From positions 26,474,001 through 26,538,000 of the forward strand of contig NC_042998.1 in NCBI RefSeq assembly GCF_006345805.1: a stretch of 64,000 nt of DNA, in the 5' to 3' direction. This stretch comes from Octopus sinensis (Eukaryota). Below are positions 12,591-23,990 of this stretch, piece after piece. The position numbers and the translations under genes were made by a program. Below the pieces are notes generated by a model, which did no database searches, was not told the DNA's origin, and was given only the letters and a program-made list of their open reading frames with translations. Position 1 is the first letter of the stretch. Every line of letters begins with the position of its first letter.

Positions 12591-12759
12591 ATATAAAATT
12601 AGAAAAAAACCCACCTTTTATCAATTCAAAATAAACAATTAAATTATACCATCTAGAAAATTACATATAATAGAAATATTAAAATTAAAATAACAATAAA
12701 ATACCAATGATTAAGTAAATTGCAAAAATAATAATAAAAACGTATATAATTGGTAGAAT

Positions 12760-12815
<56 letters not shown>

Positions 12816-13440
12816 TGCAGTTGAATATAATACACTGCATGTGTTGCAAAGAAAAAAAACAGACAAGTAAATCAGCAGAGAATTTCCAGATGATCTCTAA
12901 AGGAGAAACAAGTGCACTGATATGGAAATATGATGCAAATAGACAATGAATGACAAATTTCCAGACGGAATGCTAGATTATTGCAGACAGCATTTCCCCA
13001 AAATGTGACACCTATTTTTCATATCTAGGTAAATTGAGGATCACGGAATAATATATTCAGCTAAGAGACACAGCAAAAACACATACAAAGTTTAGATGAG
13101 ATGAGTCACAAGTTCTTACTCCCATTCTTCATTCTGCTGTTATCTATACACATGTAAATTGGTCTTGTGTTGTTAGAACTGTAGCACACCAAATTCATAT
13201 ATTTCTTCCTCTTATTACAGATATTGTGTCTTCTCTTTTCTCTCAGAACCCTATTCCCAGTTCTTCACCAAAAACATTTCTCCGCAAGAATTCATTCTTT
13301 GTTTATTATGCTTTTCCCTACAGTTAGTTGTCAACTTGCAAAAGTTGGAGAATATTAACTACATTAATCTCATTCTCTGTTATAGGCCTGTCGAAAGACA
13401 TGGGCACAGTTTCTTCCTTTAGAATAATCCAAGAAAAATA

Positions 13441-13670
13441 ATAATAATAATAATAATGGTGATGTTGGTGATGGTGATGGTGATTGTGATGGTGGTGATG
13501 TTGATGATGATGGTGATGATGATGATGGTGGTGATGATGATGGTGATGATTGTGGTGGTGGTGATGATGATGATGATGTTGGTGGTGATGATGATAGTGA
13601 TGATTAAGGTGATGGTGATGATGATTGTGATTAAGGTGGTGGTGATGATGATGATGATGATGATGATAGT
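13441..13670. repeat. (AAT)n then (GAT/GGT)n trinucleotide tract
   Basis: Directly visible; ORF 13456..13686 is an artefact. Confidence 0.95.
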
Positions 13671-14998
13671 ACTGTTTCTGAAATAATGTCTACTCTCTGT
13701 ATATTGGAGAGAATTATTTAAAAATTAAACCTATTTGTAGACATATTATGTAAACTTGTGGCATGCATTTTCAAAATTGCTCAAATAGTTGCAAATAGAA
13801 TTGGGAAGAAAAAGCTGAGAGAAAAAAAAAATCCTGTTATAGTTCTGTTCACAATGGATACTTTATGATAAGCTAATGATCTCAAAATGAAATTTTGCTT
13901 TGCATAATATAAATAACTTCACTCTTACTCACACACACACACACACACACATTAATTTGTCTTTACAAAGCCTAATACATGGGCTCAATTACTTTACATA
14001 TATAGAAATGAAATAGTCATTGGAACAAAAATTGCCTTGAGAAATTGACTGCAAGTTCTTCTGAATGAAAGTGCAACTGCTGCTGTTTTTATGGCAAAGA
14101 ATGTAAACATTGAAAGAAACAACCGATGACACTCTTATACAATTTTATGAATGAATGAATAAATAAAGGCTAAATATGTAGTAACATCTCTACTGCAGCA
14201 AAAAAAGATGCCATTACATAATGCAATTTCGGCAAGATGTAATAAACTATTTTGCTGCATGTTAAACTGAATGCGACTGGTAAATGTTTTGTGATGTGGT
14301 AAGTGGTGAGGCGGTGAGAGGAACATTACTGACTTTAGATCTGTTAAAACTTTAATAAGATGGTAAGTTTTAAATCAGCAAGATGCAGTGAACAGAAATG
14401 TTGGAGGAAGGATTACGGTTGTATTGAAAATGATTATTTTTAAGAGAAAACAAATTGCCTGTGGATGGGTTTATGAACACTTTATTGGCCACAGATATTG
14501 GTGTTATAGATTTATGTGATGAGGCGGGGGGGAAGAAGAAGAAGAAGAAGAAAAAATGTAATGTAGACAAAGAACTAGCACAGGAAAATACCAAATGAGA
14601 AGGAACGTAAATCAGATAAATTCCAAAGATATATAATCAACACGAGAGAAAAAAGAGATACAAAAAAAAATGATGGAGGGAAGGCTTTGAGCTATTACGG
14701 ATTAGTAATATGTACGTGTCCAACTATTGGTTTTTCATGTAGTAAGTAATAAAACCTGCTGAACTGAAGAGAGCTAAGTATAACTAAAGAACAAAATAGA
14801 TGAGTACGAGAAAACTCAATCTGCAATTGTAATATCTTGTTTGGCAGATAGTTCTAAATTGGAGTTATAGTAGACTTTTGAAAGTAAAACTTACCTATAT
14901 CCCTACAAAACTCTTTTTGAGTTGCTAATGGGTGTTTATGTTCATTTTCACCTCGGTTCAGAAGGAACTTTTATGTGATGGCTCAGCCTACTAGAACT

Positions 14999-15535
14999 CA
15001 TCATCATCATCGTCATCATCTTTTAACGTCCGCTTTCCATGCTAGCATGGGTTGGACGATTTTGACTGAGGGCTGGCGAACCAGATGGCTGCACCAGGCT
15101 CCAATCTTGATCTGGCAGAGTTTCTACAGCTGGATGCCCTTCCTAACGCCAACCACTCCGAGAGTGTAGTGGGTGCTTTTTACGTGCCACCGGCACAGGG
15201 GCCAGTCAGGCGGTACTGGCAACGATCTTGCTCGAATGTTTTTACAATTGCCACCAGCACAGGTGCCAGTAAGGCAATGTTGGTAACGATCACGCTCGAA
15301 TGGTGCCCTTTTACGTGCCACTGGCACGGAAGCTAGTTGGCTGTTCTGGCAATGATCATGCTTGGATGGTGCTCTTGGCACCCTACTAGCACAGGCACAA
15401 GTTGCCAGTAAGGTGACACTGGTAACGATCATGCTCGAATGGTGCCTTTTAAGTGCCACTGGTACAGAAGCCGGTTAGCCGCTCTTTGCACCTTGCTAGC
15501 ACAGATGCCAGTCATCGAATTTGATTTTGATTTTG
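14999..15535 (-). mobile_element. RTE 3'UTR-derived insertion flanked by a 100-bp direct duplication
   Basis: 14899-14998 is duplicated at 15536-15635 with 3 mismatches. Confidence 0.9.
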
Positions 15536-16143
15536 ATCCCTACAAAACTCTTTTTGAGTTGCTAATGGGTGTTTATGTTCATTTTCACCTCGGTTCAGAA
15601 GGAATTTTTATGTGATTGCTTAGCCTACTAGAACTAGTAGCCAAAATTTCCATGAAGCACACCTTACTGTCTGAGAAAAATACATATTGGATAATGTTAT
15701 CATAAATACAATATCTGGTAATTAAATAAGATGATCATGGTTTGAAAGTTTTTGAATTCATATTTGCTTGATGATCTCAGGTTGAACAACAATGACATAG
15801 ATTTAAATAAGTCAAGAAAACCCACCATACATGTTTTCACATAAGATCCTTATAACCCATGATAAGATCAATGATGGATGTCCTTCCAAAACAAAACCCT
15901 GGTGGAAAATAATAGTGTCACAACTGCTGATGTAATTAAGATGCTGATTATGGAATGGACAGTGTGGTATGTCCCTTACTATGCTCAACACATGTGGACA
16001 TTGTAGCCAATAAATGATGATGATCCTGCGAGCACACCATGCAAAATGCTCAGCAGCATTCCATCCATCTTTACATCCTGGGTTCAAATCCCACCAAGGT
16101 CGACTTTGCCTTTTATCCTTTCAAGGTCAATAAAATAAATACC

Positions 16144-16374
16144 TATTTCTTTATTGCCCACAAGGGGCTAAACACAGAGAGGACAAACAAGGATAGACAA
16201 ACGGATTAAGTTAATTATATCGACCCCAGTACGTAACTGGTCCTTAATTTATCGGCCCCGAAAGGATGAAAGGTAAAGTCGACCTCGGCGGAATTTGAAC
16301 TCAGAACGTAACGCTAGACAAAATACCGCTCAGCATTTCGCCCAGCGTGCTTACGTTTCTGCCAGCTCACCGCC
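16144..16374 (-). mobile_element. tRNA-headed SINE family B with 13-bp TSD
   Basis: Consensus GGCGGTGAGCTGGCAGAAAC...GAGTTCAAATTCCGCCGAGGTCGACTTT...; TSD TAAAATAAATACC at 16131-16143 and 16376-16388. Confidence 0.9.
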
Positions 16375-17259
16375 CTAAAATAAATACCAGTGGAGTACTG
16401 GAGTCAATGTAATTGACTTACCCCCTTCTCCTGAGCTTGCTGGCCTTGTGCCAAAATTTGAAACCAATAAATAATGATGATCCTGTTTCTCATACCAGGA
16501 TGTCCATTACTATATACAGTAACTATTTTTGCACAGTAAAAATAGTTTTCAAATATCCATTTATGTTTAATAGAGTCAACAAGATGTGTGATAATAAAAA
16601 TGTTATGAATTTTGAAAGGAATTTCTTTTAGTTGTTTTACTTTTTTCATTTTCTGTTTTGAAATATTTTACTAATCCAGTTAATTTATTGTTATCTGGTA
16701 AATGAAGCAAAAAAATCAATTGGGCCATTTCCATCAAGCATCTAAGGAGAAAAAAAAACTGAATGTTTTTAGTACTTGTATAAAAATAAGCATAAAATAA
16801 CGAAATTCTATTGTTATTTATTCAATAATATTCTTTGTTTTATTTTGGGATGGAGGTGAGAGAAAGGAGTTGGGGGTCCTTGTTTTGAAAAATTACTTTA
16901 ATGCATTACATTTTATTCAACATACTCTCAACGGTTATGAGAATATAACATGCAAGAACTTAACTTTAAAAAATGTTATTATTTCAAGATTCAATAAAAG
17001 ATAAATTGATGTTAGCATATTTAATGTAATGGGCATAAAGAAAATATAAATAATTATGGCAGTGAGAGAAGACATTAGTTTAATGATTAATGTTATACAA
17101 CTCTGGGTATGTTTCTGTCATATAAAACCTCCTCAGCAAAACAGATTTTGATGTAATTGCCAAAATAGTGATGAAAGAATCACAAAGCAGACCGTATGTA
17201 AGTAGATAAAAATATTTAGCATCTTCTTAAAAATCACTGAGATCTTAATTACATCATAA

Positions 17260-17590
17260 GAATCAAACGCGGAATCTTGGGGTTAGTAGCCCACACTCTT
17301 AACCGCTATGCCCACAGGCATATGGCATAGTGGTTAAGAGTGGAGGACTACTAACCCCAAGATTCCAAGTTCGATTCCAGGCAATGACTGAATAATAACA
17401 ACAATAATAATAATAATAACATCAAAAAATACCTTAGGAATGAGAACCCAGGTTCAAAATTTCCCCAATACACCTGATGAAGGCTGGGGGGTATATCAGC
17501 CGAAATGTTGTGTTAACAACAAACAAGATGAGGACAAATATCCGTCAAATGTAAAGAATTCCTCATCTTTTAAATATAGAACTGAACTAA
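17260..17590 (+). mobile_element. tRNA-headed element with palindromic (inverted duplicated) head and hammerhead-ribozyme motif
   Basis: A box TGGCATAGTGG, B box AGTTCGATTCC, ACT anticodon-like loop; 17260-17312 is the reverse complement of about 17324-17377; hammerhead motif at 17469-17514. Confidence 0.8.
17469..17514 (+). ncRNA. Minimal type I hammerhead ribozyme motif, family 1 (one stem III transition)
   Basis: TACAC-CTGATGA-A-GGCTG(loop)CAGCC-GAAA-T-GTT-GTGTT; AATGTT here vs AACGTT in the 27.7 and 31.3 kb copies. Confidence 0.7.
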
Positions 17591-18059
17591 AATACAATTC
17601 TTCTAGCAACAAGGAAATCATGTGGAATAAACAATGCATTGTTCTCAATCTGCTTCCCTGAACACATGTGGAGGATGAAGTTTAGCCATTGGGAACCCAT
17701 ATTTGCAAATTTAATTTGTCATATAAATGAAATTTATTATTTAATTTAAATACACTTTATATCTTTACACAAACGTGCTGGTGTGGTTGAGTAGTAAGAA
17801 GCTTAGCTTCTCAACCATGTGGTTCCAGGTTCAGTCCATGGTTGGGAAGCAAAGCTCCTTATCACACAAACACACCAGCGTGTGATTGTGTAATAAGAAA
17901 AAGTGTATTTAAATTGAATTTAAAATTTCATTTATATGACAAAATTAAATTAGCAAATATAGGTTGTCAATGGCTAAAATCTCCCTCAAATCATACCTTA
18001 CTAATAATGAATAATAAAATGTATAAATCCACCCTTTTAAAGCCTAGCTAGGCTTATGT

Positions 18060-18252
18060 GCCTGGTTTCAATGGTGTATGTGTTCCCCAGCTGTCCATCG
18101 CAGCGTTACTCATTTTTGCCAGCTGAGTGGACTGGAGCAACGTGAAATGAAGTGTTTTGCTCAAGAACACGTGTCACCCAGTCGAGGAATCAAAACCACA
18201 ATTTTACGATCATGATGCTGACACCCTAACCACTAAGCCACGCGCCTCCATG
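18060..18252 (-). mobile_element. tRNA-headed SINE family D
   Basis: Head GGCGCGTGGCTTAGTGGTTAGGG..., body TCTTGAGCAAAACACTTCATTTCACGTTGCTCCAGTCCACTCAGCTGG; copies at 29625, 53715, 54170, 57325. Confidence 0.85.
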
Positions 18253-19234
18253 CCACATTACCAAAGGAGACTGTAGATAATGTGATTTTGATTTTGCTGC
18301 TCATCGGAAAAAGATTGGATGGTCACTTCTGGTATGTATGTTGATCATGAATTTGTTCAGTCAGAACTAACCTGGGACTAAATGACTAAATAACAACAAC
18401 AACAACAACTATATCAAATTCTATTTAATAAAATTATGTATATTAACACATAAACTGCATAAAATTTTAAAGTGGAGATTTAAAAGACAAACTTTTATTG
18501 GACTCCAAGCATTTTTAACATTTTGAAATGTATCTAATATTTAATACGCTGCTTATTTTCTGTTCAGTGCAGTATGCATACACACCCACCCACACACATG
18601 CACACTCACACTCACACACATACATATATATGCAAATGGCACAATATTTTGTTATTGCTAGAATTTAAGATTTTCCATGGAATTTTCATTTCATGATTAG
18701 GACTTAGTGAAGCTGAAATATTGCGAATAGATTTATTTTTCTCTTTCGTATAGATTGTTGTGGTTTTCGCCACTCTTCTTTATTTATAAAACATTTGCAT
18801 TTTACTCAGCAGGGATAAATCTTGTTGCTTTCCTATAATAGAGAAACAAATCAAAACCAGTTTTGCTTCAGAATGTCTAATTATTTTGACAATCTTATGC
18901 ATCACTGAATGTGCAAAATCCAGGTATTGAACAGAATTTCTGATATATTACACATCATAACCCTACTTGTCTTTCTACTTTTAATGATTATTTTTTTTCT
19001 TTTCTCTTTGACCTTTAGAATATATGCATATGTTCAAGTTTGTAAAGTCATCAAAAATATTAGGCCTTATAAATATTTACCATTTTTATTAGTTATCCAG
19101 AGAAGAAGGTCCAGCGTTTATGATCCTTGTTAGGCCCTTCAACTTAGGTGAAATTGGTGCAGCTGATGTTCATGTTTGGTGAATATAGGAACTGCCTCTG
19201 AAGTTCATGGTTTGAGGGTAATAAATGGGATACC

Positions 19235-19462
19235 TATTTCTTTACTACCCACAAGGGGCTAAACACAGAGGGGGCAAACAAGGACAGACGGATTAAGTCG
19301 ATTACATTGACCCCAGTGCATAACTGGTACTTAATTTATCGACTCCGAAAGGATGAAAGGCAAAGTCGACCTCGGCGGAATTTGAACACAGAACATAACG
19401 GCAGACGAAATACGGCTACGCATTTCACCCGGTGTGCTAACGTTTCTGCCAGCTCACTGCCT
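19235..19462 (-). mobile_element. SINE family B with 14-bp TSD
   Basis: TSD ATAAATGGGATACC at 19221-19234 and 19464-19477. Confidence 0.9.
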
Positions 19463-19664
19463 GATAAATGGGATACCATCAAGTCATCCCATTTGTTGCC
19501 TTGAAGTGATCAGAGATGTGTTTGTAGTTTGCAATTGATTATGTTATAAATCAATTGGAGAAGAGTTTGGAAGAAGGTTTGTTACATGTGAGAGTGTTGA
19601 GTTAGAACCAAATTGATCAGGAAAAATAATGGCTTTAAGAACAAATTTGTAACATTTAGATATA

Positions 19665-19825
19665 GGCATAGGAGTGGCTGCGTGGTAAGTAGCTTGCTTA
19701 CCAACCACATAGTTCCGGGTTAGGTCCCACTGCGTGGCACCTTGGGCAAGTGTCTTCTACTATAACCTCGGGCCGACCAAAGCCTTGTGAGTAGAATTAG
19801 TAGATGGAAACTGAAAGAAGCCCGT

Positions 19826-19876
<51 letters not shown>

Positions 19877-20085
19877 TTATATGTCTGTGTTTGTCCCTCC
19901 AACATCACTTGACAACCAATACTGGTGCGTTTACATCCCTGTAACTTAGCAGTTTGGCAAAAGAGACCAATAGAATAAGTACTAAGCTTACAAAGAATAA
20001 GTCCTGGGGTTCATTTGTTCGACTAAAGGCAGTGCTCCAGCATGGCCACAGTCAAAGGACTGAAACAAGGGAAAGAGTAAAGAGT
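19665..20085 (+). mobile_element. SINE family A, full length
   Basis: Matches the family consensus from head to tail. Confidence 0.92.
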
Positions 20086-20447
20086 AATCATCATGGTTAA
20101 GGAATAGCAGAAAGGACTATTGAGATTTCGATGATGTGCCTGTCAGAATGAAATTGTAGGGTAGGTGTGAGAGGCCAAATCTGGTCACTCTGAACATAAA
20201 AGAGTATCTGAATATAGGTATTTTTCTAAAAATTTGTTTGTTTTTGTTTATAAGATCTAATAAAATGGATATGTTAAATTGTCAGTTTATTTATGCAACA
20301 GCTGTGAACATCAGAGTATTGTTTTCTAGACACTGAAATACATAACTAATTAGTCTGCACTAGATTCCTGAGAAATAAATTATTTTCCTTCTAATTTTCT
20401 TTGCTGCTGCTGTTCATTAAGTAATCATATAAAAAGGATATATATGT

Positions 20448-20730
20448 GTGGAGGCACAATGGCCCAGTGGTTAGGGTAGCGGACTCACGGTCGTAGGATT
20501 GCAGTTTTGATTCCCAGACCGGGCATTGTGAATGTTTATTGAGCAAAAACACCTTAACCTCCTCAAGGCTCTGACAGGGGGTGGTGGCGATCTCTGCTGT
20601 ATTCTTTCACCACAACTTTCTCTCACTCTTTCTTCTGTTGGCCTGCTCGCTTAGCCAGCGGGGTGGTGTCATTTGAAGGCTAAAACAATGTGAAGCACAT
20701 TGTGACCAGCGATGGTCGGTCACAGTGATC
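20448..20730 (+). mobile_element. SINE family C
   Basis: GTGGAGGCACAATGGCCCAGTGGTTAGGGTAGCGGACTC head. Confidence 0.85.
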
Positions 20731-22087
20731 ATGGTGATATATAAATATATATATATATATATAAACAAACAAAATTTTAGAAAGAAATACTAGGCACACA
20801 CAAAATTAAACAATCTAAAGTGATTTTTACCCGCAGTGTTAGGTTTAGAAGCCACAATAAAATGTTGAGTGCAAAGCTAAACTGCTAAAACTAAAACTAG
20901 TCAATTAATATAGTAAATTCATTGAATGCTAAGCCATTAAACTTAGTCATGAGCTGAAGAAAATCTGGTTACAAAGATAGTACAGGTGTAAATCCTATCA
21001 GCTTGCTCATTGGTTGATTAGACTGATTTTAATGCCTATAGTTTGCTATTTTTCCTTTCTCTTTATTTTTACAGATCAACACATTTTCATACCTTTTTTT
21101 TCAATTTGCTACTTTGTTTTTATGCAAATTTAGTTATCTTCGATTGCTTTTGATTTCTATTACAGGCATCTTTTGTTGTTTTTATTCGAACCTAAACAAA
21201 ATGTAGAATTTTATTTGATTTTCATTTTTTTTTCCTGCCTTGCTGCAGCATACAAACGCATCTATTTTGTTTTACATTTAAACAACAATGAAATTTGCAG
21301 CAAAATTGATAAAAGAATGAAGATTTTTTGAAATAAAGTAGTTATTTTATTAAATAAAATGCAGAATCTTAAAATATCGAATGTGAATTGTAGGATGCAA
21401 ATTAGTGAATAAAAATAAACCTAATTATGATATTGATGAATGATACAACTCATTCATCTAAACTGAAGTGGATTGGCACAGATACAATGAGGTAAATGCC
21501 GAAAACTAAAATTAGTTCTTCAACAAAATTCTAAACCAAGCAAAAATTTAAAAACAGAAAAATACAATAAATTTTTTCCTCAAGGCTGAAACTTAATAAT
21601 GAACACAGAAGATTTAAGTGTTGTTAGGAGTAGCAGAAGGGAAATTTTATTTCAAAACAGCTACTGCTAAGAAAAAAAAAATGACAACATAGATAATTAC
21701 ATATTTAACATGTTAAGCAGATGTAGAAGTATAATAGTACAGTGTGTATTGTCATACGTTACATAGACAGCTATGGTGTTTTAATTAATTAAAATTGAAA
21801 CCTTAATGCTAAGAACAATCATTATCAGAATGACTAATTCTGGTAAAATGTGGCAAGGGAAACAATCAAGGAAATGAGGGGTTTGAGTTTGTTCCATTAT
21901 GTGCCTGCATGTGCACACCTATTCACATGCACACATGAGTGCATACAGAACACACATGCATACACACACACAAACTATTTTATTTCATTACTATATTTTA
22001 TGTGAAGGCACATAACCTAGTGGTTAGGGCAGGAGTTCACAGAAGCTTTAAGGGGGTCCATGAGTAAAAAATTGTAATTTGTGGGTT

Positions 22088-22200
22088 CATCATCATTTAA
22101 TGTCCACTTTCCATGCTAGCATGGGTCAAATCGTCCAACCCATGCTAGCATGGAAAGCGGACGTTAAACGATGAGGATGAGGAGGAGGAGGATGATGATG
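22088..22200. mobile_element. Two RTE 3' tails fused 5'-to-5', inside a hAT-like MITE within a SINE head
   Basis: 22088-22126 is the reverse complement of 22138-22174; microsatellite tails point outward. Confidence 0.75.
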
Positions 22201-22810
22201 AGGAGGATATAGAAATTTTGCTTACTAGGAGAAGTACCTGTATTTATAGAAATTTTCAAGATTTGTATTTGGAATTTATGTTATGAATATAACGAAATTG
22301 TTTCATTGTTAGTTTTTACTAACCTACAAACAAATATTTTATTTCAAAAATCTACATGTGCATATATGGGGTCCATAGATGACAAGATAGCTCTCAGGGG
22401 GTCCACAAGCAAAATAAGGTTGGAAACCCCTTGGTCAGGGTGCTGCATTCATGATCACCAGATCATGGTTTCAATACCCAGACTGGGTAGCGTGTTGTGT
22501 TCTTGAGCAAAACACTTCATTTCATGTTGCTCTATGCTATGTGGGGATCAACATACAAAAAAAAAATAGACCCAACATTTCCTTTACAAGCTGTAAAAAG
22601 GCAACTAAAAGAGGTTGGGGTAGGATTTGCATTCCGAACTTGCAAAACCCTCACAAATGATCCCTACAGATAGTCCCATGGCCTGGAGAGTTGTCACCTG
22701 GGTGGCACAAAGGTGCCATCTACCAAGAGCAGGGAGTCACCAACAGATACTGGATACAGCAATGTGTTGTTACAACACATACCCCTATGCTGCTGCTGCT
22801 GCTGCTACTA

Positions 22811-22839
<29 letters not shown>

Positions 22840-22842
<3 letters not shown>

Positions 22843-23223
22843 TGTTTGTTTGTTTGTTTGCTGAGCGAAGCGGTCTTCATCCCAGAAGTGGGAGAAGTTC
22901 AAAACGTGGTCCTTTGCTATTTGTAAGACCTGCAGAAGAGAAACCAGGTTAAGCCCCGACACCGAGAGCATCGATGAATGGATGAATGCGCATCCAGGCT
23001 CAGCGGTTGCGTAGGAAGTCTGTGACAAGAAACAGGAAGAAAGAGGGAGAGAAAGTTGGGGTGAAAGAGTACAACAGGGGTCACCACCACCCCCTGCTGG
23101 AGCCTCATGGAGCTTTAGGTGTTTTAGCTCAATAAACACACACAACGCCCGGTCTGGGAATCAAAACCGCGATCCTCCGACCATGAGTCCGCTGCCCTAA
23201 CCACTGGGCCATTGCACCTCCAC
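22840..23223 (-). mobile_element. SINE family C
   Basis: Near-identical to 10165-10559. Confidence 0.88.
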
Positions 23224-23589
23224 TACTGCTTCTGCTGCTGCTGCTGCTACTACTACTACTAATACTTCTACTACTACTATATGCTTGATAATATTCATAA
23301 GTTGATAAAGTCATATTTGCACTTTATTAGTTAATGCAATATTTCTGACAATATTTCCATGAAAAACCACAAATATAAAGTCACAGCTTCAGTTTATTCT
23401 ATCAGTTTCTAAATCATGTTTTGAACAGATCCATCTAAGCTGAGCTCTGGTCTTGATTATACTGGGACACTGCATTGAGAAATTCAGTATTAAAATATAC
23501 ACTTCAGAACACAATAAACACCAGTCATTATAGTAATAAAATAATATAATAAACAAATGCACTCAATACCAACGTCCTCTCAATGGTTA

Positions 23590-23896
23590 GTCAGAGATGA
23601 TTTTTAAAATAAGAATATATGAAATAAATTTGACTGTTTTCACAAATGAGAATACTAAAAATGAACCTGACCCTCTCAGAAATTAAGTGAAAAAGCAGGA
23701 AAAATAATCCAGAATCCTTATCCAGTGCCAGATCAATCCCCAAATCTAATCGATTTGTGCCAGTCACGAGGACAAACATCTCTGAAAGTTTCATCCAAAT
23801 CTATCCAGCAGTTCTTGAGATATCTTGTCCATGGACAAACAAATAAACAAACATGACTGAAAACAATACCTCCACTTTCGCTAAGGTGGAGGTAAT
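23590..23896 (-). mobile_element. DINE-1/HINE-like non-autonomous Helentron-type element
   Basis: Minus strand begins with hairpin ATTACCTCCACCTTAGCGAAAGTGGAGGTAT, then a TTTG/TGTC tract and the GATAGATTTGGATGAAACTTT core block typical of this class. Confidence 0.7.
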
Positions 23897-23990
23897 AATC
23901 AAAATAAAAAAAAGAAAATAAATAGAACTTTATCAACACAACAGAGATATTTATTAGAATTTGAGCTGAGTTTTTTTTTTTCTTAAAACA

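Noticed and set aside
17318-17385. tRNA gene calls for SINE heads (also families A-D)
   Set aside because: A/B boxes are present but there are no complete cloverleaf acceptor stems, and each head runs into a repeated SINE body.
19019-19147. Strong polypyrimidine acceptor(s) with a downstream GT
   Set aside because: No recognisable protein in any frame and weak donors.
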